Assembly: GCA_002269645.1 (NCBI GenBank)
Contig: NIVC01000028.1
Span: forward strand, 186,001 to 250,000
DNA from: Macrostomum lignano
Lineage: Eukaryota
DNA: 64,000 bases
Direction: 5' to 3'
Position numbers and translations under genes: made by a program. Every line of letters starts with the position of its first letter. The first letter of the stretch is position 1. The notes below the pieces were generated by a model. It did no database searches, was not told the origin of the DNA, and saw nothing but the letters and a program-made list of their open reading frames with translations. Positions 14,201 through 26,094 of this stretch are shown here, one piece after another.

Positions 14201-14609
14201 GAATCGAATTCACTCTTTTCCTCAGAGAAAGCCGCGCATTTCCCGCACCAGAAGCATCAGACCAGACTGCATAAGAAGCGCAGAGCAATTCCAACAGGTT
14301 TCTCCCAGCCATAATCAACGCCATGCACAGTTCGCGCAATTCTATAAATGAATTTCAAGTATAGAAAAAGCTCGCAAAAAACTGCAGAAGTTGATCCTCT
14401 TGAACATAAATAGCCAAAGAGCTTTATAATTATCTGGTTTAAGGCGCAAATTCGCTACCACCAAAGCATAAGTCGAGAAAACGAGAAAATCGTAAAATTT
14501 TGTGGAAAACTTTTTAATGCAATTCTGTTTTAAAAATCAACCAGCCAGTGCGAGCCCGCAAAGACTTCATCCAGACACTACACTGTATACGGGTTGTTGC
14601 CACTCTTCA

Positions 14610-16100
14610 CTGATCCACCGCCCTCCCTGATCCTATAGGCAAGCAACCGCCCTCCCTGATCCTTCAGGTGCAGTGTAGGTCACCGTCCTCTCTGATCCTT
14701 CAGGTGGGCCACCCCTCCCTGATCCCTCAGGTGAGCCATCGCTGCCACCCCTCCCTGATCCCTCAGGTGGGCCACCCCTCCCTGATTGTTCAGGTGAGCC
14801 ACCCCTCTCTGATTGTTCAGGTGAGCCACCAGTCTCTGATTGTTCAGGTGAGCCACCCCTCTCTGATTGTTCAGGTGAGCCACCCCTTTCTGATTGTTCA
14901 GGTGAGCCACCCCTCTCTGATTGTTCAGGTAAGCCACCAGTCTCTGATTGTTCAGGTGAGCCACCCCTCTCTGATTGTTCAGGTGAGCCACCCCTCTCTG
15001 ATTGTTCAGGTAAGCCACCCCTCTCTGATTGTTCAGGTTAGCCACCCCTTTCTGATTGTTCAGGTAAGCCACCAGTCTCTGATTGTTCAGGTGAGCCACC
15101 CCTCTCTGATTGTTCAGGTGAGCCACCCCTCTCTGATTGTTCAGGTGAGCCACCCCTCTCTGATTGTTCAGGTAAGCCACCAGTCTCTGATTGTTCAGGT
15201 GAGCCACCCCTTTCTGATTGTTCAGGTGAGCCACCCCTCCCTGATTGTTCAGGTGAGCCACCAGTCTCTGATTGTTCAGGTGAGCCACCCCTCTCTGATT
15301 GTTCAGGTGAGCCACCCCTCTCTGATTGTTCAGGTAAGCCACCCCTCTCTGATTGTTCAGGTGAGCCACCCCTTTCTGATTGTTCAGGTAAGCCACCAGT
15401 CTCTGATTGTTCAGGTGAGCCACCCCTCTCTGATTGTTCAGGTGAGCCACCCCTCTCTGATTGTTCAGGTGAGCCACCCCTCTCTGATTGTTCAGGCAAG
15501 CCACCAGTCTCTGATTGTTCAGGTGAGCCACCCCTTTCTGATTGTTCAGGTGAGCCACCCCTCTCTGATTGTTCAGGTAAGCCACCAGTCTCTGATTGTT
15601 CAGGTGAGCCACCCCTTTCTGATTGTTCAGGTGAGCCACCCCTCTCTGATTGTTCAGGTAAGCCACCAGTCTCTGATTGTTCAGGTGAGCCACCCCTCTC
15701 TGATTGTTCAGGTGAGCCACCCCTCTCTGATTGTTCAGGTAAGCCACCCCTCTCTGATTGTTCAGGTGAGCCACCCCTTTCTGATTGTTCAGGTAAGCCA
15801 CCAGTCTCTGATTGTTCAGGTGAGCCACCCCTTTCTGATTGTTCAGGTGAGCCACCCCTCTCTGATTGTTCAGGTGAGCCACCCCTCTCTGATTGTTCAG
15901 GTAAGCCACCCCCCTCTCTGATTGTTCAGGTGAGCCACCCCTCTCTGATTGTTCAGGTGAGCCACCAGTCTCTGATTGTTCAGGTGAGTCACCCCTCTCT
16001 GATTGTTCAGGTGAGCCACCCCTCTCTGATTGTTCAGGTAAGCCACCCCCCTCTCTGATTGTTCAGGTGAGCCACCCCTCCCTGATTGTTCAGGTGAGCC
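14610..16100. repeat. 27-bp minisatellite (GAGCCACCCCTCTCTGATTGTTCAGGT)n, ~55 copies
   Basis: Directly visible; 9-aa period in the ORF track. Confidence 0.97.
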
Positions 16101-16644
16101 ACACTTATTCAAGTTTATTTGACAAATTTATTAAAGCCGTTATTTCAGCTTTCGGCATCATCATAATCATACTCAAAATTCCATAATGCCCGAATTTCAT
16201 CCATCCATCCATTCATTGATCGTTGCATCATGATAAGAATTAAAAATTTTCAAAGAGAATGCCAAAAACAAGCGACAAAAGAATGAAGAAACAATGGGGT
16301 CAAAAAAATTCCCACAACAAGCGGAAGAGAAGAGGGGAGCTGACGGAAACCCGATTAGCGCTAGCTGGTACAATAAAAGCAGGGAACAAAGCCAACAGTA
16401 GAGCTTAGTTAACGCAGTCCACATCGATCAAATCAAATCGATATCTGCGCATTGCAAAGAGAGCGCCGCTACTCCTGGCAGCGACAGAAGATTGGGCTTG
16501 AGACCCTGCAACGCCAATCATCGGAGTTGATTTTGCCGAGTCGGAGTGGCGCACGGGCTCAAATTATTATGAGCCCTGGGTGTAGTTATACTACTTGATT
16601 ATTGGGTGTAATACAGACGCTAAAACATACTCTAAGACACACAA

Positions 16645-16668
16645 ACAGACAGGTCACAGGTGGCAGGC

Positions 16669-16709
<41 letters not shown>

Positions 16710-16820
16710 CACAGACAGACAGACAGACACACAGACAGACCGACAGGTGGAGATAGACAGACAGACAGACAGACAGACCGACAGGTAGAGATAGACAGAC
16801 AGACAGACAGGCAGACAGGC

Positions 16821-16869
<49 letters not shown>

Positions 16870-16870
16870 C

Positions 16871-16900
<30 letters not shown>
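16645..16900. repeat. (GACA)n microsatellite
   Basis: Directly visible. Confidence 0.97.
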
Positions 16901-16903
<3 letters not shown>

Positions 16904-17544
16904 GAGAAAGCAGCCAGAATCAGAAGCCCAGATATTTGCATTCCCAGCTGACATCCGGCAGCCGCCCCCCCCTCCAGCAGTCAATTCCGAAGCGACCCCA
17001 GCAGATCTCAGGAATCCCAACCGCCTGATCCCCCTCCCCGGCTGCTTATTTTTCGGGCTCCGCCTTTTCCTAAACGGCGCCGCCTCAAATCCTTGAGAAT
17101 TTCTACCGACAACAATAAAAAGAAAAAGCAACTCAAACGGAGAAGAGCGGAAGAAAAGCTTTTTTTCAAAAAAAAAGAAGAAAGCCTAAAGGAAGAAGCT
17201 TTTCAACAGGAAGAAATCTATGCAGAGAGGAATAAATGCAAAGAAGTTGCAATTCACGAGAAAAAAGGCAAACCAGTGGTAGGCGGAGAAGGGCCAAGGA
17301 TTTTATTCTTGAAAATGACGAACTGGGCGAATCCGGCAGATTACTGAAGACCAGAAGGGGGGGGGGGCAGCGGAAGAGGCCAAAAACAGAGGCGCAAATA
17401 TAAAGCAGATTAATAATTTTTTTCTTCTTATCCAAGACAGTAAAGAGCTGCCGCGAAATTTCAATAAACCGAGTAGAGGATTCCGATGCATTTTCGGGAT
17501 TTTTACCATTCTATATAAAATACGGAATTATTGCAATAAGTTGG

Positions 17545-18320
17545 GAGAAGAGGGGAGAGGGTAGGAGAGGGGGAGTAAGAGAGAGGGGAAGAGGGTAGGA
17601 GAGGGGGGAGTAAGAGAGAGGGGGAGGGTAGGACAGGGGGAGTAAGAGAGAGGGGGAGAGGGTAGGAGAGGGGGGAGTAAGAGAGAGGGGGAGAGGGTAG
17701 GAGAGAGGGAAGTAAGAGAGAGGGGGAGAGGGTAGGAGAGGGGGGAGTAAGAGAGAGGGGGAGAGGGTAGGAGAGGGGGGAGTAAGAGAGAGGGGGAGAG
17801 GGTAGGAGAGGGGGGAGTAAGAGAGAGGGGGAGAGGGTAGGAGAGAGGGAAGTAAGAGAGAGGGGGAGAGGGTAGGAGAGAGGGAGAGAGGGGAGTAAGG
17901 GAGAGGGGGAGAGGGTAGGAGAGAGGGGAGTAAGAGAGAGGGGGAGAGGGTAGGAGAGGGGGGAGTAAGAGAGAGGGGGAGAGGGTAGGAGAGAGGGCAG
18001 TAAGAGAGGGGGAGAGGGTAGGAGAGGGGGGAGTAAGAGAGAGGGGGAGAGGGTAGGAGAGAGGGCAGTAAGAGAGGGGGAGAGGGTAGGAGAGGGGGGA
18101 GTAAGAGAGAGGGGGAGAGGGTAGGAGAGAGGGCAGTAAGAGAGGGGGAGAGGGTAGCAGAGAGGGAAGAGAGAGGGGGAGAGGGTAGGAGAGAGGGGAG
18201 TAAGAGAGGGGAGTAAGAGAGAGGGGGAGAGGGTAGAAGAGAGGGTTAGAAGGAAGGAGAGGGTAGTAGAAGAGGGAGAGGGTGAAAGAGAGGGGAGGGT
18301 AAGATAGAGGGTAAGGCAGA
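17545..18320. repeat. G/A-rich ~30-bp repeat (GAGAGGGTAGGAGAGGGGGGAGTAAGAGAG-like)
   Basis: Directly visible. Confidence 0.92.
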
Positions 18321-18424
18321 GCGGAGAGAATGGGATAAAGGCAGCTAATTCCGAGGAATCCTAAAAACCTAAGCACAATAATAAGTTTTACAGTGATACA
18401 TTATATATGAATAAACAATACAGC

Positions 18425-18721
18425 CATACATGCGCAACGTCCAAAATTCGGTCGGCCGTGCGACTTAGTTTTAACAAAAATGCGACGTAGTTTTTGGCCA
18501 AAAATGCGACTTACATGTAAAAAAACCCTAAAGCAAAATTAACGCAACTTTGGGTAAACGGCGGGAGTAACTATGACTGTCTTATCAGGCAAAAATGCCT
18601 CGTCAGCTACTTAGTACTACTGCGTGGGTATTTTTTGGGTGGGCATTTTTGCGACTTCCTTGGTTGGCTGCCAAATCAGTCGGCCGGATCGGCCGACTCG
18701 GCCGACTGTTGCGCATGTATG
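18425..18721. mobile_element. MITE (non-autonomous cut-and-paste element, hAT- or P-type) carrying a 28S rRNA fragment, copy 1
   Basis: Perfect 14-bp TIRs CATACATGCGCAAC (18425-18438) and GTTGCGCATGTATG (18708-18721); perfect 8-bp TSD AATACAGC (18417-18424, 18722-18729); subterminal TGCGAC and CGGCCG repeats; second copy at 34103. Confidence 0.9.
18552..18615 (+). pseudogene. 28S rRNA-derived fragment (helix 69-71 region) inside the MITE
   Basis: GGGTAAACGGCGGGAGTAACTATGACT (27 nt) matches the conserved eukaryotic LSU sequence as I recall it, then TCTTA...AAATGCCTCGTCA.CTA.TTAGT; not a functional rRNA gene. Confidence 0.85.
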
Positions 18722-19254
18722 AATACAGCTACATCTACATTATACATTATACATTATGGAGGCCATCAAGCACACAATATGTAAGCAGTCCTATAGGTTC
18801 TCTCAATATATTACACGACTATCACTAGATTCATATGCTCAAGTATTGGCGGGAGGAGGGGGAGAATGAGCAGGGGAGAATGACAAACCTGCTCAGCTAC
18901 CGGGCTCTCTGATCCCAAACAGAGCGCGCGCGCACACACAAAACCAGGCTTCTTTCTACACAACTGACCTGTCAGTCAAACAGCAGCGGAGGGTGAGCAG
19001 CTAAGCTGCAGTCACTGACTTGACTGGCTGACTGGCCACATAAATATATATTTTACTATAATCATACGCCAGCAATGGGTTAGCACGTAGTTTGTTCCCT
19101 AGTTAGTAATCTATATATATATATGAGCTACATAATCTCCGATACCTAACCGGGTGTCACGAACTTCGATTGGCAATAAAAAAACAATTTCCTAAGCAGA
19201 AGATCAAGTAAATGATTCAGCCGCTTTGGGTAAAAATTTATAAATTCTGAAATC

Positions 19255-19700
19255 TGAAATTCTAAATTCCAACTAGTAAATAATCCCAAATCAGAAACTA
19301 GTGCAATAATCCCAAATCCCAAACTAGCACAATCATTCCAAATCTCAAACTAGTACAATCATCCCAAATCCCAATTATTACAAAATCCCAAATCCTAACT
19401 ATTTAAAAATCTATAATCCTAAATAGTACAAAATCATAACTAGTGCAATAATCCCAAATCCGAACTAGTGCAATAATCCCTAATCCAAACTAGAGCGATA
19501 AATCCCAAATCCCAACTGGTACAATAATCCAAAATCCCAACTAGTAAAAAATCCCATATCCCAACTAGTACAAAATCTCATATCCCAACTAGTACAAAAT
19601 CCCAAATCCTAACTAGTAAAAATTCACATATCCCAACTAGTACAAAATCCCTAATCCCAAATCCAACTATTAAAAATCAGAAATCCCGACTAGTAAAAAA
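19255..19700. repeat. Degenerate ~22-25 bp repeat (ATCCCAAATCCCAACTAGTACAA-like)
   Basis: Recurring CTAGTACAA/ATCCCAAAT motifs. Confidence 0.8.
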
Positions 19701-21144
19701 GACAATGGCACAGATAAGGACAGCTAAATATCTATACCCAGAAGTAGAAACTTAAGACCAGATATATCGTACTGAGCACAATTGAGCACACGCTGCATTA
19801 AAAGGGGGATATCGGGGCAGGGTAACCCCATTCTCACAAATATGCCCAAAAGCTCCCAACCAACAACAATTCATACTATTTATTAACAATGCCAAGATAG
19901 GCAGTTGAGTCAGAGTCCAATACTAATCCCACTAATCCACCCATCAATCTATGCGGGCCAAGCTGTCAGTCATCAGAAACTTGTCAAATTTGTCAACTCA
20001 TTAGCACGTGTGGCAGATATAATAGTTATTTAAAATGCTCTATAAATAACTGACACCCTCAAACAGACAGCTGTCAATTAAAAGCAATTTTGAAAAAAAG
20101 ATAGAAGCCGCATACCAAATCTAGCGTCTTCTTCTGCCGCCAGACAGCAGCAGTTGCTTGATGGAGCAGTCCATGTTCTTTTTCGAGATTGACAGGAACT
20201 CACAAGTCTTTTTGAGAACTAAAATTTGAATAAAAGAATGCAAATTCGCAACATTATCTAGATATTAATAATCAGAATAAGCAGACAAATCAAAATCCAA
20301 GAATTTATTATCACCTTATTAAAATATATATTTTAAAGGCTCTTGAAGATTTCTTGTACACAAGGCTAGGCAATAAATTATCTGTTAAAAGAGTGCTAAG
20401 CCGAAAAGAAAAGCCCAGTCAGAGGGTGAAGTCAAACTTGAAATATAATTAATCAGTCAGCTGCAGAGTTTTGGAGGGTTGTCGGGTTGAAGTCTAGTAG
20501 GGGGGGGGGGGGGTGGCTGCAGCACTGGTGCAGAGACAGACAGGTACTTGGTCGGGCAGATTCTATTGGCTAACAGTGTGATATGACTCTGCCCATAGGG
20601 TCTGGAATAGCCGGAGCCCCACAACCAGCCACACACGCAGCAAGGCTGGTGAAGGGGTGAACTCAAATACTGATAGCGTTCACACACGCATTGCCTGCCT
20701 GCCTGTCAGCCAGCCAGCCAGTCAGCCATCCATCCCCCAGTCAGTCGGGTCAAAGCTTTTCAACCTGCCGACTCTCAAACCTCCCAACAAACCCGTATTC
20801 TCATCTCCTCCCAATCAGGCAATAATAACTGACCAGAGTGAGAGAAGCATAGGGACAAAGCCAGAGAGAGGTAGACGGATGGATTGATGCGATGACTGAC
20901 TGCGATTATTGAGGCGCCAAACGATAACGAAGTGCAATAGGTAGGGAGAGAGGAGAGGAGAGGGGGGCAGGTGGGACTAACTGTCCAAGGAGAAACAGTC
21001 ACGTAGGCTCGACAGGATTTTTTGTGGGTCCGGCATTAGACCAACCTATGCGTTGCCTAGACATTAGACACGGGATATGCAGCTCGACAAGCAAGAGCTG
21101 ATGAAGTAATTGTCGTTAGAAATTGAATGAATGGTATACAATGC

Positions 21145-22320
21145 CCCAAACACAGCATCCCCAACACAGCATCCTGAACACAGCATCCTGAACACAGCAT
21201 CACCAACACAGCATCCCCAACCCAGCATCCCCAACCCAGCATCCCTAACCCAGCCTAACCAACACAGCATCCCCAACCCAGCATCACCAACAAAGCATCC
21301 CCAACCCAGCATCCCCAACCCAGCATCCCCAACCCAGCATCCCCAACTCAGCATCACCAACCCAGCATCCCCAACCCAGCATCACCAACAAAGCATCCCC
21401 AACCCAGCATCCCCAACCCAGCATCCCCAACCCAGCATCCCCAACCCAGCATCACCAACCCAGCATCCCCAACCCAGCATCACCAACAAAGCATCCCCAA
21501 CCCAGCATCCCCAACCCAGCATCACCAACAAAGCATCCCCAACCCAGCATCCCCAACCCAGCATCCCCAACCCAGCATCCCCAACCCAGCATCCCCAACC
21601 CAGCATCACCAACAAAGCATCCTGAACACAGCATCCCCAACACAACATCCCCAACCCAGCATCCCCAACTCAGCATCCCCAACCCAGCATCCCCAACCCA
21701 GCATCCCCAACCCAGCATCACCAACAAAGCATCACCAACCCAGCATCCCCAACCCAGCCTAACCAACACAGCATCTTTAACACAGCATCCCCAACACAAC
21801 ATCCCCAACCCAGCATCCCCAACTCAGCATCACCAACCCAGCATCCCCAACCCAGCCTAACCAACACAGCATCCCCAACCCAGCATCACCAACACAGCAT
21901 CCCCAACCCAGCATCCCCAACCCAGCATCCCCAACCCAGCATCACCAACAAAGCATCACCAACCCAGCATCCCCAACCCAGCCTAACCAACACAGCATCT
22001 TTAACACAGCATCCCCAACACAACATCCCCAACCCAGCATCCCCAACTCAGCATCACCAACCCAGCATCCCCAACCCAGCCTAACCAACACAGCATCTTT
22101 AACCCAGCATCCCCAACCCAGCCTAACCAACACAGCATCTTTAACACAGCATCCCCAACACAACATCCCCAACCCAGCATCCCTAACTCAGCATCACCAA
22201 CCCAGCATCCCCAACCCAGCCTAACCAACACAGCATCTTTAACACAGCATCCCCAACACAACATCCCCAACCCAGCATCACCAACCCAGCATCCCCAACC
22301 CTGCATCACCAACAAAGCAG
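21145..22320. repeat. 15-bp minisatellite (CAGCATCCCCAACCC)n
   Basis: Directly visible. Confidence 0.96.
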
Positions 22321-23049
22321 CACCCTTATTCCCGATTAAAAAATGGCCAATTGTCTCTCAGATTTGAAGTAAATGAGAGCCATACTGTGTGAATAGTCGC
22401 CAGTTCAAAAGCGAAGCAAGCGACAGGACACAAGACAAGACCTGTCACTAAGCAAACAAAATTGGGACGCCTTTATTTGCTAGCATCCACAAAATTGAAA
22501 CAGAAGAGAAAGAGAGACAGATTGGGTTTTAAACAAGTCTAAATTTCAAAGAAATTTTATACAGAAGATCTTGTCGGAATATTAACTGGATAAACAAGTT
22601 CAAACCAGACCTACTCGTTCATAGTCCGCACCGCGCTGTTTGTGCAAGAAATGCAACACGACACTAAAACTGTGCCAATAAGGCATTAGCTCAGCTTTAT
22701 AAAGAAGTATTCCCTCTCCTTTCAAGCTCAAACTTAAACGCGTAAAGTTCAAAGGCCGCAGTCGGGAGTATTTGTAGGGCCTGACCTCGCTCGTAGCTAT
22801 GCCCGGGACACAGAACAAGCCTTTAGAAAGCACCAAATTAGATTGAAAAATCCACAGGAGTATCAACCATGTTAGCTCTTTCTCTAAGCGGCAACTTTGT
22901 CTTTATTGTTTCATAATTACATAACTGTATAGCCTTGTATACAGTTATGTTTCATAATTACATAACTTGTTGAATCCACCATTGAGTTCCATTACGGTTC
23001 ATAGTGTGTGTGTGTGTGTGTGCCCTCCTGTCTTACACAGCCTTACTCT

Positions 23050-25385
23050 TACAGGCGCTACAGTCACTCATTTTGGCGCTACAGACAGGCACTTATTTTG
23101 GCGCTACAGTCACTCATTTTGGCGCCACAGACAGGCACTTATTTTGGCGCTACAGTCACTCAGGCACTCAGTTTGGCGCCACAGACAGGCACTTATTTTG
23201 GCGCTACAGGCACTCAGTTTGGCGCCACAGACAGGCACTTTTTTTGGCGCTACAGGCACTCAGTTTGGCGCCACAGACAGGCACTTATTTTGGCGCTACA
23301 GGCACTCAGTTTGGCGCCACAGACAGGCACTTATTTTGGCGCTACAGGCACTCAGTTGGCGTCACAGACAGGCACTTATTTTGGCGCTACAGGCACTCAT
23401 TTTGGCGCTACAGACAGGCACTTATTTTGGCGCTACAGTCACTCACTTTGGCGCCACAGACAGGCACTCATTTTGGCGCTACAGTCACTCACTTTGGCGC
23501 CACAGACAGGCACTTATTTTGGCGCTACAGTCACTCACTTTGGCGCCACAGACAGGCACTTATTTTGGCGCTACAGGCACTCAGTTGGCGCCACAGACAG
23601 GCACTTATTTTGGCGCTACAGGCACTCAGTTTGGCGCCACAGACAGGCACTTATTTTGGCGCTACAGGCACTCACTTTGGCGCCACAGACAGGCACTTAT
23701 TTTGGCGCTACAGGCACTCAGTTGGCGTCACAGACAGGCACTTATTTTGGCGCTACAGGCACTCAGGCACTCAGTTTGGCGCCACAGACAGGCACTTATT
23801 TTGGCGCTACAGGCACTCAGTTGGCGCCACAGACAGGCACTTATTTTGGCGCTACAGGCACTCAGTTTGGCGCCACAGACAGGCACTTATTTTGGCGCTA
23901 CAGGCACTCACTTTGGCGCCACAGACAGGCACTTATTTTGGCGCTACAGGCACTCAGTTGGCGTCACAGACAGGCACTTATTTTGGCGCTACAGGCACTC
24001 AGGCACTCAGTTTGGCGCCACAGACAGGCACTTATTTTGGCGCTACAGGCACTCAGTTGGCGCCACAGACAGGCACTTATTTTGGCGCTACAGGCACTCA
24101 GTTGGCGCCACAGACAGGCACCTTTTTTGGCGCTACAGGCACTCAGTTTGGCGCCACAGACAGGCACTTATTTTGGCGCTACAGGCACTCAGGCACTCAG
24201 TTTGGCGCCACAGACAGGCACTTATTTTGGCGCTACAGGCACTCAGTTGGCGTCACAGACAGGCACTTATTTTGGCGCTACAGGCACTCAGGCACTCAGT
24301 TTGGCGCCACAGACAGGCACTTATTTTGGCGCTACAGGCACTCAGTTGGCGCCACAGACAGGCACTTATTTTGGCGCTACAGACACTCAGGCACTCAGTT
24401 TGGCGCCACAGACAGGCACTTATTTTGGCGCTACAGGCACTCAGTTGGCGTCACAGACAGGCACTTATTTTGGCGCTACAGACACTCAGGCACTCAGTTT
24501 GGCGCCACAGACAGGCACTTTTTTTGGCGCTACAGGCACTCAGTTGGCGCCACAGACAGGCACTTATTTTGGCGCTACAGACACTCAGGCACTCAGTTTG
24601 GCGCCACAGACAGGCACTTTTTTTGGCGCTACAGGCACTCAGTTGGCGCCACAGACAGGCACTTATTTTGGCGCTACAGACACTCAGGCACTCAGTTTGG
24701 CGCCACAGACAGGCACTTATTTTGGCGCTACAGACACTCAGGCACTCAGTTTGGCGCCACAGACAGGCACTTATTTCGGCGCTACAGACACTCAGGCACT
24801 CAGTTTGGCGCCACAGACAGGTACTTATTTTGGCGCTACAGGCACTCAGTTTGGCGCCGCAGACAGGCACTTATTTTGGCGCTACAGGCACTCAGTTTGG
24901 CGCCACAGACAGGCACTCATTTTGGCGCTACAGGCACTCAGCTTGGCGCTACAGGCACTCAGTTTAGCGCTAAATGCACTCATTTTGGCACCAAATGCAC
25001 TCATTTTGGCGCTACAGGCACTCATTTTGGCGCTACAGACACTCATTTTGGCGCTACAGGCACTCATTTTGGCGCTACAGGCACTCATTTTGGCACTAAA
25101 TGCACTCATTTAGGCGCTATAGGCACTCATTTTGGCGCTAAATGCACTCATTTTGGCGCTACTGGCATTCAGTTTGGCGCTACAGGCCCTCATTTTGAAG
25201 CTACAGGCCCTCATTTTGAAGCTACAGGCCCTCAGTTTGGCGCTACAGTCACTCATTTTGGCGCCACAGACAGGCACTCAGTTTGGCGTTACAGACACAT
25301 TTGGCGCTACAGGCACTCATCTGGGCGCTACAGGCATTCATTTTGGCACTACAGGCACTCAGTTTGGTGACACAGGCATTTTGGC
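23050..25385. repeat. Composite satellite of alternating 21-bp (GGCGCTACAGGCACTCAGTTT) and 25-bp (GGCGCCACAGACAGGCACTTATTTT) monomers
   Basis: Directly visible; right edge decays to 21-bp monomers only. Confidence 0.96.
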
Positions 25386-26094
25386 ACCCTGAAGGAGAAA
25401 AGCCAATTTTTTGCTGTAATAAACACACCATACAAAACCGGCTTGAAGTTATGTATTATTGAAATTGAAATCTATAATAAGGTTACGATCTATAGTTAAT
25501 ACGTCATAAAAAATTAAACCTCTTCTCAACAAAAGATTCAAAATGCTTATTTGGCTCAAATCGGTTACAAAAAGACGGAATGATTTCCTTATTCTATTTT
25601 TTCATTTTTTCAGCATCTAGGAAAAAATGATGAGACCACGGAGCTAAGTTATAGATTGAGGAGACAGTTTCAGAATTGTATCACGCAGAGCTAAGTAGGC
25701 AAGGCTAATCCAAGCCTATGGACTATGGCTACAAAGTCACCAGAGGTAGAGAAATGGCGGCAAGATGAAAGGCGGACAGGCCCCCGAGGGTTATGGAAGT
25801 GATGGAATATTAAAATCCTAGACGGAAAGGAATTAAAGGAGAGGAACGCAAAAAAACTATTAATACTGCTGAGTTTGAGATGGCGCTTTCTGTTCTTCTT
25901 CCTAATAATCGGGCCAAATTTCTAATTAGCGATCCTCTTGGGCGGTGCAAACAAACCGAAATTGCTAGCCACACGACAGGCTTGTCCTCAGCAGTATGAA
26001 TCTACAGGTATTTTTAATTCTATCAGAAAACATCTATCCAAAAATGATGGTCAATAAGGCAGGATTATTAGGATGATTAAGTACACTTTCATGA

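Larger units (their letters stand above)
9395..20218 (-). other. Candidate chain of small exon-like segments of an unidentified minus-strand transcript (20218-20116, 14341-14249, 13235-13192, 10905-10844, 9464-9395)
   Basis: Each has a pyrimidine-rich AG acceptor and a GT donor (GTATGC, GTGCGG, GTGAGG, GTATGC, GTAATT), and the phases join into one open frame. The peptide matches no family I recognise, and the segments were picked by eye. Confidence 0.2.

Noticed and set aside
14668-15921. 417/409-aa repetitive ORFs
   Set aside because: Translations of the 27-bp minisatellite on both strands.
18552-18615. Functional rRNA gene
   Set aside because: Only ~64 bp of similarity, inside a TIR/TSD-bounded element.
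19109-19130. A|TCTATATATATATATGAG resembling a Helitron 5' end before the 19.3-kb repeat
   Set aside because: No matching hairpin-CTRR 3' end found and no second copy.
22967-25370. 666-788 aa ORFs in all three + frames
   Set aside because: The monomers lack + strand stops; the peptides are permutations of the 21/25-bp satellite.
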